DNA of 63,849 nt, filler included, from Intoshia linei (Eukaryota > Animalia > Orthonectida), in assembly GCA_001642005.1 (NCBI GenBank). It is 5 parts of 5 records of this genome, joined end to end, with 100 filler letters (N's around TTAATTAATTAA, not from the genome) between each part and the next. Parts side by side here need not be neighbours in the genome. Positions count along the whole stretch, not along the records: positions 27,112 to 46,974 come from LWCA01000722.1; positions 47,075 to 57,440 come from LWCA01001272.1; positions 57,541 to 62,640 come from LWCA01001828.1; 2 more parts are not named here. One strand, 5' to 3'. The position numbers were made by a program, and so were the translations under genes. The notes under the pieces were generated by a model. It worked only from the letters and a program-made list of their open reading frames with translations. It was not told the origin of the DNA and ran no database searches. How positions within the stretch are numbered: position 1 is the first letter of the stretch; the number at the start of each line of letters is the position of its first letter. Shown piece after piece: positions 39,396 to 57,680 of the stretch.

Positions 39396-41818
39396 ATCTC
39401 TTACGTCTTCTGGTTTTATCTAAATTGTATATTATTTGTTGAATATTAAAATTCATACATTTGACCATGTCTTTGCCATAAAAGTAATTATATCAGCTTT
39501 AACGTTTCTTTGAATTATTACGTCTCCATCAGCTACGCAGGACGAACCACACGCAAATTGGGAGGAAAATTTTTTGCTTGCTTTTTTAGTATCAATGTCT
39601 AAAAATGGGGTATTTAGCATTTTCTAGTAGAGCTCTGCAACGGTATGGGCGGGCTAAACTCAAAATGAATATATTGCCATTTGAACAGCCAAAACTTCAA
39701 TTATTCTCTTTTTTAACCCTTACGAGACAATTGCATGTATAGATGCCAAAAACTACACTCATAAATTTACAGTGGTATATATACAAACCAAAATAAGGCG
39801 GTACCAATATAAATTATGAACTTACTGCTCATAAAATAACATGTAATATGCGTAAAAATTAATTTTATTATCAATATTTACTTTGTGCCAACAATAAAAT
39901 AAATTATATTTTAATAAAATACAATCACGCGATGTAATTGTAATAAAGTGTCATAAATTAAATACATTTTATTGCTAATTTCACTGTACAAATCAATGGC
40001 ATTTAAAATTTCTGAATTTTAAGCTTTCAATTTTGAAAAGAGTGTCTACTAGAATTCAACCATTTTTACTAAAAGTCAAAATTTACAAACACTACAAGGA
40101 AAAATTCAATTTTAACAACCTTTAAAGGAAAATTCCAGTTTAACCAACCTTTAAAGGAAAAATCCAGAATTGCGGAGTATCCCATAAAAACTCAATATCA
40201 CAAACAAAACAAACTGAAGTTCTTAAATAATAAGATTAGTGATACACAAGTTATCCCGAAAGCATCACATTCAATCAAAGTTTTCACGTGAAACCAACAG
40301 TTAACCCATATGGTGGAACTACCAAAGGTTTCCATAGTTTTTTGATATGTCTTGCCTTCGTCAGTCGTAATTGTTTGAATTATACACTGTTTACCTCTCT
40401 TTTTGCATGCCTGTTTCAGAAAATTCAGCCCTTCAAGCACGCTATTTGCATTTTTTTCACATAAAAGATTGGTAAAGTTGGTTTTTCCATAAGGGTTGGT
40501 AAAATTCGGATTTTTCCTTAGGGGTTTGTAAAACTGCATTTTTAGTAAAAATGATTGGATTTAAGTAAAAATAGTAGGGTTTAAGAATATTCTCATTTTG
40601 AAAATCAGCACAGTCTCGTAAAGGTTAAAGCTAAACTTAAGTTGTTCACTTTACAAATCAATCACATTTGAAATTTCTGAATTTTAAGCTTTAAATTTTA
40701 GTGTTTTTTAACATTTCAAAGTGAAATTTTTTCCTTTCAATTTTGAAAATCAGTGTCTGAAAAGCATAGTCTCGTGTGGGTTAAAATGAAATTGTCCTAT
40801 GCACTACGAGAATTTTAATAAAAACGCATTTTGGGACAATTTTTCAAATACTAAACACCATGAATTGCCATAAATTTTATGATAAAACCAAACTTGCATC
40901 TTCATAATCAAGACCACAAATTACACATTATTTTGAAAAATTTTAAAAAAATTACAGCTAATAATTATTTCCAGTATAATGTGAATATTTCTCAATCTGA
41001 CAGGTTTAAGGCTTTACCGTCAAAAAAAAATTTACCTTTTTTTTAAGTTATTTCATTAAAATACTTATTGATTAAAATAATTGATGATCCTAAATTTAAG
41101 AAGATACCATATTTCAAAGGGTTGTTTTTAGGGAAGTTTTTTTATCATATTTTAAAGAAGGTTTTTAAGGAAGTTTTTTTACCATATTTTGATTGATTTA
41201 ACATTAAATTTTAGCAATAATTACTAAAATCTTACAATCATTAAGATGAATTATTTCATTAATTAATGTCAAGTATTAATAAGTAAATGAACAAAAAATA
41301 ATACCAAATGTGTTGAGTCCAGAAATGACCGTATACCTAATTAATATTTTGTATAAAAAAATTTACACAATAAAATTACATTTTATTTCCACCTCTAGGG
41401 CAAGAAAATATTTGAATTTCTGGTTTAATGGTGGCTTTTTTTTTTATTTTGGTAATTCCTTTACCTCCTCGTTTTTGTTTTTTATGTTTGGCTTCATCTA
41501 AATAAATAAATATACATCTTAAATAATATAAATTTTAAATACTTAATTCCAAAGATTCCAAATCTTCGAGAAGATTATTTTCTTCAGCCCATGTATACCC
41601 TGCCACAGAGTTTGGATGGTGACTAATAAGCTCAAGTGGCCAATCATCGCAAACTATTTCACAATACAAAATGTATACATTTCAAATTGATAAATACCTG
41701 GTATATATACTGGCTCAACTGGAAAAGATACAGCTTGGTTTTTTGAGTATTTTACAAAATATTTGGAATCATTTTGGATTGAATTTTCAATGTGTGCTTC
41801 AGTATTTATATCTGACAT
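39375..41818 (-). CDS. DENR: Density-regulated protein (SUI1-domain reinitiation/40S recycling factor, Tma22)
   Basis: ATG at 41818. Spliced product ...VSFPVEPVYIP|VCDDWPLE...KKQKRGGKG...PRGGNKM|YTVISGLNTF|DIDTKKASKKFSSQFACGSSCV...IIQRNV...WSN|IKPEDVRDLGVKKR*, with TGA at 39375-39377. Confidence 0.9.
39717..40624. mobile_element. piggyBac-like MITE in a DENR intron (duplicated right end to 40780)
   Basis: TTAA|CCCTTACGAGAC ... GTCTCGTAAAGG|TTAA. A second right end GTCTCGTGTGGG|TTAA lies at 40780. Confidence 0.8.
40040..40594 (-). mobile_element. MULE derivative nested in the piggyBac-like MITE (same family as 7001-7541)
   Basis: Same ends as 7001-7541 in reverse orientation, 10-bp TSD ATTTTGAAAA (40030-40039, 40595-40604), and ORF 40198-40539 with TTDEGK...NCWFHVK. 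Confidence 0.88.
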
Positions 41819-41858
41819 ATCAAAATTTTTTCATATTAATTCAATCGTCAACTTTATT

Positions 41859-44064
41859 ATGAAAATATTAACAATTTACGAAATATCAAACTTGGCCGAC
41901 AAGTTTGAATGTGAAAAGTCTGATGAAAAATTTAAAGTCTCGGATACGGAATATAACTCAGAGTCTAGTGATGATGAATTCGATGGTAAAGGTTGTTTGA
42001 CGTGTCAAATTACCCATGAGACTGTGGATGAAATGAGAGTTCATTTTAAATCGAATTGGCATATTTATAATGTTAAAAGAAGAATTAAAAAGCGCGATCC
42101 AGTAAAATTTGCCAATTTTGATGTCGAGACGATGGAAACTTACCATTTTTCCTCTGATTCTCATTCTGAAGATGAAGTGGTTGAAAAAATTGAACAATTG
42201 GAATTAGACATTAAATTAAAACGTATTCTTTTTCGAATTGATGGAATGACGTATTCATTTTGTAAATCATTATTTACGAATATGAACTTTGATTCCGCAA
42301 TTAACTTAATTAAAAATGGATTTACAAACACCAAATATGTAATAATTTTGCTAATATCAGGTGGTCATTGTTCCATGTCTATTTTCGATAAATTGGTTAC
42401 AGTCAAACACAAAACATTCAATAGGTATGTAGTTAGAGCTAAACAAGGAAAAGAACAATCTGTGCATGATAAAAGTAAACATGCAAAATCAGCCGGTTCT
42501 CAAATGAGAAGGTTAATGTCACAACTTTTTAAGCAAGATATTTTACAACTTTTGGATCTTTGGTCAGAATATTTTAAAGATGCCCATGTTTTCACAAGAT
42601 TCGATCGATTCAAGCATAAATTTGTATACCAGTTTTTACAGGTTAATACACCAAATCAACATTACAAAATTTCTATTGATGCACGAAGACCTACCTTTTC
42701 TGAAACAAGACGCATTTTCAATATTTTAACTACCGTTGTTGTTTTTGGTTTAGTTTGTAATATTATTTATATATAAGATTTTATATTTAGAGTCTACTGT
42801 TTTATCTAAACCTGCTATTAAAAAAACTACATCTAATATTAAAGCTAAACCCAAAAGAAATTCGTGTACATTATTATTTTTCTTAGTTTTTATTGCAAAA
42901 TTTAGTTTGCGAGTTTGATAAATCTGACATTTCAGATTATGAAATAAATGAAAAGTAAAAAATTTTGATTTTTAATTAAATTCTCTTAGTCAAGGTTCCA
43001 TTGATAATAATATCACCGCCATAGATAATTCAAACAAACCACAAGATTTACCAAAATCTGAAGTTAAACCAAAACTATTCTCAAAGTCCGACAAAAATAG
43101 ACACAAAAAAAATGTAAAGTATAACAAAAAATCTAAATCAAAAGTAATCAATGTTTTACAAAAATACCTCGGTAAAGATAAAACTTAATTTAGTCTTCAA
43201 CCAAAAACTTTAATTTAACCTCGTGACTACGGTTTAAAATAAAGTACAAAATATACTTTTTTTAAAAATACATATCGCGTGGTAGATTCTAACAGCTAGA
43301 ATGTAGGAAAAAAGGCAGATTTAATAAACTTTTAAGTTAAAATAATAGCATTACATTACATATCCTATAGTACGGTTACAAGTAGTATGGAATGGCCCTG
43401 TATATATTAATTAAATATATAATTATATATAATATTAATTAATATGTCTTACCGAGGTATTACTCATTTATAATAAATATATAATGACATATTGATTCGT
43501 TGATTGTTTTGTTGGCCTTTTTATTTGTGATTTTCATAAATTTACATTATTTGATTCTGGGTAACAAAACAAGATGTGACTTTTTTTTAATTGTCGTACT
43601 CATTTATTTCTAAGATGAAATTTATAATTATTTGAAACCAAATATTTTAGATTATACCACAAAAACTTTTCCATTTGAATCCACAGAGTTTAGATTCCAA
43701 ATCAACATTAAAAATTAATGAAAAAGTTAGGTTTGATAAACTTCCATTGAAAGAGAAGGTACATGATTATTATATTCAAAAAATTACTTAAAATATAGAT
43801 GGCTATTATGGCTGAAAGGAGAGCAATGAATCAGAAAGGTGTACTTGATAAACCTGATATTGTTCCAGAGTATACTTTTTTATTTATTGCAATTATTAAT
43901 ATTATTCTTTCTATTATTAATTCTTTTCATTTTGTATTAATTTTAAATCTAGATATTGTCAAAAATGTAATAATAAAATGCTTGGTGTTATACCTTTTTC
44001 TTATATTGGAATTAACTTTTGTTCAGAAAAATGCATGAAACTATTTAAAAAGTCTACAATGTAA
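41859..44064 (+). CDS. ANKZF1: Vms1/ANKZF1 peptidyl-tRNA release factor of ribosome quality control
   Basis: C2H2 finger CLTCQ...HFKSNWHIYNVKRR. VLRF1 domain SGGH...HKTFNRYVVRAKQGKEQS...KSAGSQMRR (catalytic Q kept), RRPTFSE, RFDKLPLKEK|MAIMAERR. C-terminal CQKC...PFSY...FCSEKC. Stop at 44062-44064. Confidence 0.92.
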
Positions 44065-45079
44065 AATTTTATCATTAAATTGTTTATTTTAGGTATTTAT
44101 TACTGTTTAATATTATTGAAACGGTTCGCTATAGTCCTTACTTATATAAATTAACTAGCTTGGATGTTTAGCTTGCCAAGGGCAGATTTATCTAAATTTA
44201 ACTTTAATCTAACATGATTCATTACCAATTTAATAAATAATTAAAAATACCAATTATGTATCAATAATTAACGGAAGCAGCAGTTCGAGGAAAAACATTT
44301 CGGATGAATTTTACCAACATTGCAAAGCATTGTAATAAACGCGATAAAATTCAGACAAGTCAAAATAAAGATATTTTATAAAAATGAAATTGAATTTACA
44401 TCAAAAACTATGATTGCGCAGTCAATTTATTTAAAAAAATATCAAATTAACATGTTATGTAAATATAAATAAGATGAGTAAAACAATACGTTAACAATTA
44501 ATTTACTACTAATGACGAGTGTAAATCTACAATTAAACTTTTTCGGACGTCCTCTTTTCATTTTTTTCAAAAGTGAAAATTTTATTGGATATTACAATTA
44601 TCCTTTTTTAGAAGAATAGAATTTGTGGGCATCGATGTATAAATTTACTCCGTAAGTAGGAATTATACAAAATTCCGGTGTTGTGCAATAGATCAACTAA
44701 CTACTCATTGGACATTCTAATAGATGTATCTTAAAATTCATTAAAATAAAAATATATTTGCACTACATATAAATAGTTTAGATTTGATGTTGATAATTTG
44801 AGTTTAATTTATTATTACATAATTAATTCATCAATGTATTTGATAAATTAACTTTACTGATGCTATAACATTTAATTTATGCACAAATATATTTACTGTT
44901 GCTAGACGTAATAAATTGCTTTCAAATTAAATAAAAGTATTTATAATTACTTTTTATTGACTACTATTGTATTTATTTGATGTTGTTGGCGCATTATATT
45001 TGTTGACTAATAAATACAAAAATGATAATAACAAAGTTGTACCTTTAGTTGCTGTAGTTTTAAAATAAAAATTGCGCAG

Positions 45080-45810
45080 CAATGAAAAAAAATCTGAAGG
45101 AATGAATGTATATAGATTTTCACCCATATTTCTTTATTGGAAATGTGTAGACGTTCAATCCACATTTTTTTTGAAATTGTAGGATCAATATTTTTATTTT
45201 AATTGAAATATTCGAAAAATATTAGTTGATAACATTAAAAATTATTTTTCACCGGAATGCGTAGATTTCTGGGGTTGAAATTTTGTATTCATATCAACTG
45301 GACTAAGCTGTATCAAATACATCTTTTTTCTTAATTGTCGGGCTGTTAATTATTTCACATTTTTTGTTTTAATAAAATAGTTTCGAAATAAACAAATATG
45401 AATACAAATACATGTTGTACTAAACTTTAGTGCATAAGTGCTTTTTTGACCGTGAAGGCATCACTTATTCAGATTGAATTTTTTTAAATTCTAGAGGTGT
45501 TTTTATTTAAAAAAAGGTCACTTGGGTTTTTGGCCTTGATAATGTTTTTTTTATAAATTTATAATAATATTTATGATTTTAAAATCTGTATCAGAGTGTA
45601 TATTTTTTTAAATTCTCGAACTCGTTTGATTTTCAAAAAAAAGGATAATTAGGGTTTTTGACGCGTAATATTTGAGTTTCGACGGTTGAAATTTATTTTA
45701 CTTTCACCTGGAAAAAATTGTAATAGAAATGTGGACTTTATAAAATTCTAAGACTCGTAGTTATTGAAATAAACCATAACACCGACAAACAAAGCGTTTT
45801 ATATAAGTAA
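45080..45810 (-). repeat. Long Helitron-family copy
   Basis: Collinear (inverted) with 51386-52100 and 23262-24150. Contains the empty GTGTAGAC target at about 45145. Confidence 0.8.
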
Positions 45811-46186
45811 ATATGTATTTGTCTGTCTGTTCCAGTTTATTTACTAAAGTAAGAGTTGAGTTTTAAAAAATTTGCCACAATAAATATTAATTTACATGTA
45901 CACTTAAATAATTAATCAAATTATAGTTTTTATTCGACTTTCAACTAAAGATAACTTATTAATAATTATTTTTATTGTTGGTATGCAAAATGCAAGTAAC
46001 TTGACTTAAATTTACACAATTAATTAAATTAATCTACCACTTGTTTAACAAGATAACTATTATTATGACAAATGAGAGATTTCAGCATTATCTAGAAAAA
46101 TTTTTACCGAAAATTTTCTAAAAATTAAAAAAATAAAATTGTAACTTCAATTTTTTTTATTGGTTAAAAAAAGTTGACTTTACATT

Positions 46187-46974
46187 AGAGTGTTTCACAA
46201 ATTAGAATCTTTATTTGAGGTAAGAAAATTTAAGTCTAGTATTAGTATTACAAACATCATGTTGGCATTAAAATTCGGCAAAATTGTGCCGATAAGTTGC
46301 GCATCACGTTTAAAGTTTTTAAATTAATATTAATATAAACTTAATTATTTTAGTTTTTAATACTTTATATACTTTTTAATAAATTTGATAATAAAATAAA
46401 ATGTTTGGTTTAGCTGTTTTTGGGTTTTTCCCTCTTTCAAGATCACACAATATCAATTGACATTTACATTAAGTGATATAATAAAAAATTAAAAAAAATA
46501 ATTCATTTTCTGCAGGAGTTATGCATTGATTTTTTCTCTCCTTGGTGTATTTCCTTAATCCGCAATATTTATAACTTATCTGTAAAATGTACGCATTAAA
46601 GATTACATTAATTGACATTGATAATTTTTGTATTATTTAAACCACTCTTCACGGGTTAAACATTATTGGAGGAAAGAGGATGGAAGACAAGTTAAGAAAG
46701 TTATATAGTGAATATAGAATAGCCTCTAAAAAAAAATACTTCACAATGTAACAATTTTATTGTCATAAAAGTGATCAATCAAAAGCACTAAACGAAGATT
46801 TACTGTTTCTGAAAAATCAAAAAAAAAGTATTGGATGTATCGCCGGTCCATCCACAAAAATTCACCCGTATACAACTAAAAAATTTAAGAATATAAAAAT
46901 TATAAATGAAACTGAAATATAGAGAGAAAGTGGAGTATACGATAAAATGCACTTTGAATATGATTCAAATACAA
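46187..46974 (+). mobile_element. Possible N-terminal relic of a hATm-like transposon
   Basis: TAGAGTG start. Remnant EDKLRKLYSEY...EDLLFLKNQKKSIGCIAG resembles the N-terminal region of the family at 1-1748. Cut by the gap. Confidence 0.4.
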
Positions 46975-47074
46975 NNNNNNNNNNNNNNNNNNNNNNNNNN
47001 NNNNNNNNNNNNNNNNNNTTAATTAATTAANNNNNNNNNNNNNNNNNNNNNNNNNNNNNNNNNNNNNNNNNNNN

Positions 47075-47114
47075 CACCATCTTTTGGCTGATTTCTGATG
47101 AATCATTTGGTCTG
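47075..47114 (+). ncRNA. SNORD51-like C/D snoRNA, paralog (5' part lost in gap)
   Basis: CACCATCTTTTGG-CTGA(D')...TGATGA(C')...CTGA(D), about 90% identical to 47182-47222. Confidence 0.75.
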
Positions 47115-47160
47115 AACGCAAAAACATTTTTTTGATTACTTTTACATATAATTAGTGACT

Positions 47161-47222
47161 ATGATGATTATATATTAGATTCACCATCTTTCGGCTGATT
47201 TTTGATGAATAATTTGGTCTGA
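47161..47222 (+). ncRNA. SNORD51: Box C/D snoRNA, SNORD51/snR39-snR59 family (28S rRNA 2'-O-methylation guide)
   Basis: Box C ATGATGA 47161-47167. Guide TTCACCATCTTTCGG is complementary to conserved LSU rRNA CCGAAAGAUGGUGAA. D' CTGA 47195-47198, C' TGATGA 47203-47208, D CTGA 47219-47222. Confidence 0.9.
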
Positions 47223-47548
47223 TTGCTTTGTCAATATTAATCTATATTACATTTTATTTTCTACAGATGTGTTAGCAGATTGCAATGTTTTTTAGTCTTA
47301 TTTACTCTAAACCTAAATAGAAATAGTTTTGAATACATAACGACTTTAATTAATTAATTAAAAAAAATTAATCATGAAATTGTTCTTTGAGCCAGCGCGT
47401 GTAGCACTGATTGAAGGATTTACCAAAAATTAGTTATTTGAGTTTTACTTTATGTCGAACACTTTTTATTAATCTTAAATAAAGAACTTCAAAAAAACAA
47501 ACCTTTAGTTATAAACGTTGATTTATTGATTTTTATTGTATTTCGTAG

Positions 47549-48445
47549 GTATAACTCACGATAGCTGGCATAAAAGACGAAAGACTGGTGGTAGATTGAA
47601 ACCAATTCATAACAAAAGAAAATACGAACTCGCTAGACCACCATCAAATACAAAAGTTTGTTTTTAACATTTTAATAATCGAAATTTAATAAAACTATAT
47701 TTTAGCTTGGAGGTTTCAGAGTTCGAACGGTCAGAACGAGAGGTGGAAATACTAAGCACAGAGCGTTAAGATTAGACAGTGGAAATTTTTCATGGGGGTC
47801 TGAAGGTAATCAAAATACTATATAATTTAATCTAATTTTAATATTCACGTAAATTTAGCCAGAACAGCCAAATCTAGAATTATTGACGTTTTGTACAATC
47901 CTAGCAGTAACGAATTGGTTAGAAATAAAACTTTAACTAAAAATACAATCGTCTCAATTGATGCAAGCCCTTTTAAATCAATATATGAAGCTCATTACGG
48001 CGTTCAATTGCCAACAAAAAAAGACACTGCTATTGTATTGCATTGTGTTTACTTTATTAATTGTGATATAGATTGAATTGACTGACTTAAAATTGAGTAC
48101 CAAAGAAAAAGATGCAATGGAGAAACGTAGAAAACATTGTGCTGTTGATATTACTCTTAGGGAACAATTCGTATCTGGAAGATTAATGGGTATGATTAAA
48201 TTTATCAAATGGGATCGCCTCCAATAAATATAATCATAATATGGAAGAAACTGTTATGTCCTATTTTTTTTTATTATAAAAAAATACAAAATACTATTTT
48301 CATTAATGTTATTTACTATTTATAATTAGCATGCATATCATCTCGACCTGGACAATGTGGACGAACAGATGGTTATATTTTGGAAGGAAAAGAATTGGAA
48401 TTTTATTCTAAAAAAATAAAAGCCAAAAAAGGAAAAATGAAATAA
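47549..48445 (+). CDS. RPS8: 40S ribosomal protein S8 (exon 1 ATG-G not seen, probably in the gap)
   Basis: [15 protein letters not shown]...[14 protein letters not shown]|LG...[15 protein letters not shown]...[16 protein letters not shown]...[26 protein letters not shown]. Stop at 48443-48445. Confidence 0.98.
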
Positions 48446-49361
48446 TTGTAAAAAATAAAATTTTCTGTTAAATTTAAAAATTTTATTAGACATTAATTTA
48501 CTTCTTTATCCGAGGCTTTAGTCTCATCTAATTTATTTACAAATCATATTGAATTGAATCAATTAGGTTTGAAATGAATAGGCAGGATTATTCTTTTTTG
48601 TGTTAAATGGGATTCATTGTACTGAGATTTTAAAATTCCTTATTTCATTGTTGAGATTGGGGATTATTGAATAAAAATTTATCTTGATGTTTTAGAATGT
48701 TATTAACTTAACTGTCGATAGCTTCGAAGCTGACCACGAATTTTGTAAATTCATCAATATTGATGTTTAACAGATTTACAAACACGAAATTGTAACCATG
48801 CTAACGAATTTTAATAACATGTTTAGTTGCTGAAACATTTAGGCTGAAAAATATTTAACTGCATTGTTGGCGTCACTAATACTTTTTTAGTTTATCAAAA
48901 TTTTTATAGACCAGTAATTCGCCTGAAAACTATCCAGAAATGGTGACCTGAGAAATAAAATAAATAGTTCGATAGGTTGATACAGAGCAGAACATACCAA
49001 GCTCAAGGTCACCACAAGAGGGGTATGTATGTACTATATGCTTGGTCTGGGTTTATATATTATGGATAATTATGGTAAGCAATTACAGTTCTTTTCCATT
49101 TGAAATTTTTATAAATAAAACTCAGAATTTTATAAAAGGAGATAATTATATGGAAGCAGTCACTTTTAGAGCATTGCCTTAAATTTAATGTAAAATTTAC
49201 ATCGTAAATAATCGCTAAAAAGTAAGTATTTTTTCATTGGCAGCTGGGATTACATCAATTCAAATTATACACAATGAAATTCACTCAATGAATCATAATT
49301 TAATTTACTCTGCTCTATGCCTACAAATAAAAATTGATACAATTTTTTACACTGATTTAAA

Positions 49362-57283
<7,922 letters not shown>

Positions 57284-57619
57284 TAGTACTTAAAAAATAT
57301 ATGAATAAAAGCATTTAAAATATTTTGACATATTTCATATAAATCCATGTCTTTTTGTGAAACTATATAATTTTTTTAAAAATGAAGAAAAGTTTGTCCG
57401 TGAACTGTGTCTAAAATAAACGATTTTTTATTGATTTTTTNNNNNNNNNNNNNNNNNNNNNNNNNNNNNNNNNNNNNNNNNNNNTTAATTAATTAANNNN
57501 NNNNNNNNNNNNNNNNNNNNNNNNNNNNNNNNNNNNNNNNCACTCCTTTAAAGGATTGATAATAGTGAATAGTAGAATTTTTAAGTTAGATTTTTAACTT
57601 GACTTTTTTTTGGTATAAT

Positions 57620-57680
57620 AAAAATGTGGCCTCGGCAGAGCTAGATGCTGTTGGTAAGTAATACATAACAGCCAAGCTAG
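57620..57680 (+). repeat. Helitron 3' terminal module (hairpin-CTAG, hairpin-CTAG|T)
   Basis: TGGCCTCGGCAGAGCTAG...CTGTT..AACAG-CCAAGCTAG|T. Inverted copies at about 62554-62615, 60609-60670, 14124-14180 and 44155-44190. Confidence 0.7.

Noticed and set aside
39500-39515. DENR IQRN could be restored to IQGD by two A-to-I edits (AGA>GGA, AAC>GAC)
   Set aside because: G>A drift is expected in an AT-rich, fast-evolving genome and no similar pattern is seen in other genes. Unsupported without cDNA.
41763-41858. N-terminal extension of the 337-aa ORF (TTG start)
   Set aside because: Non-ATG start from a bacterial-style ORF caller, and it is the antisense of DENR exon 1. ATG 41859 is preferred.
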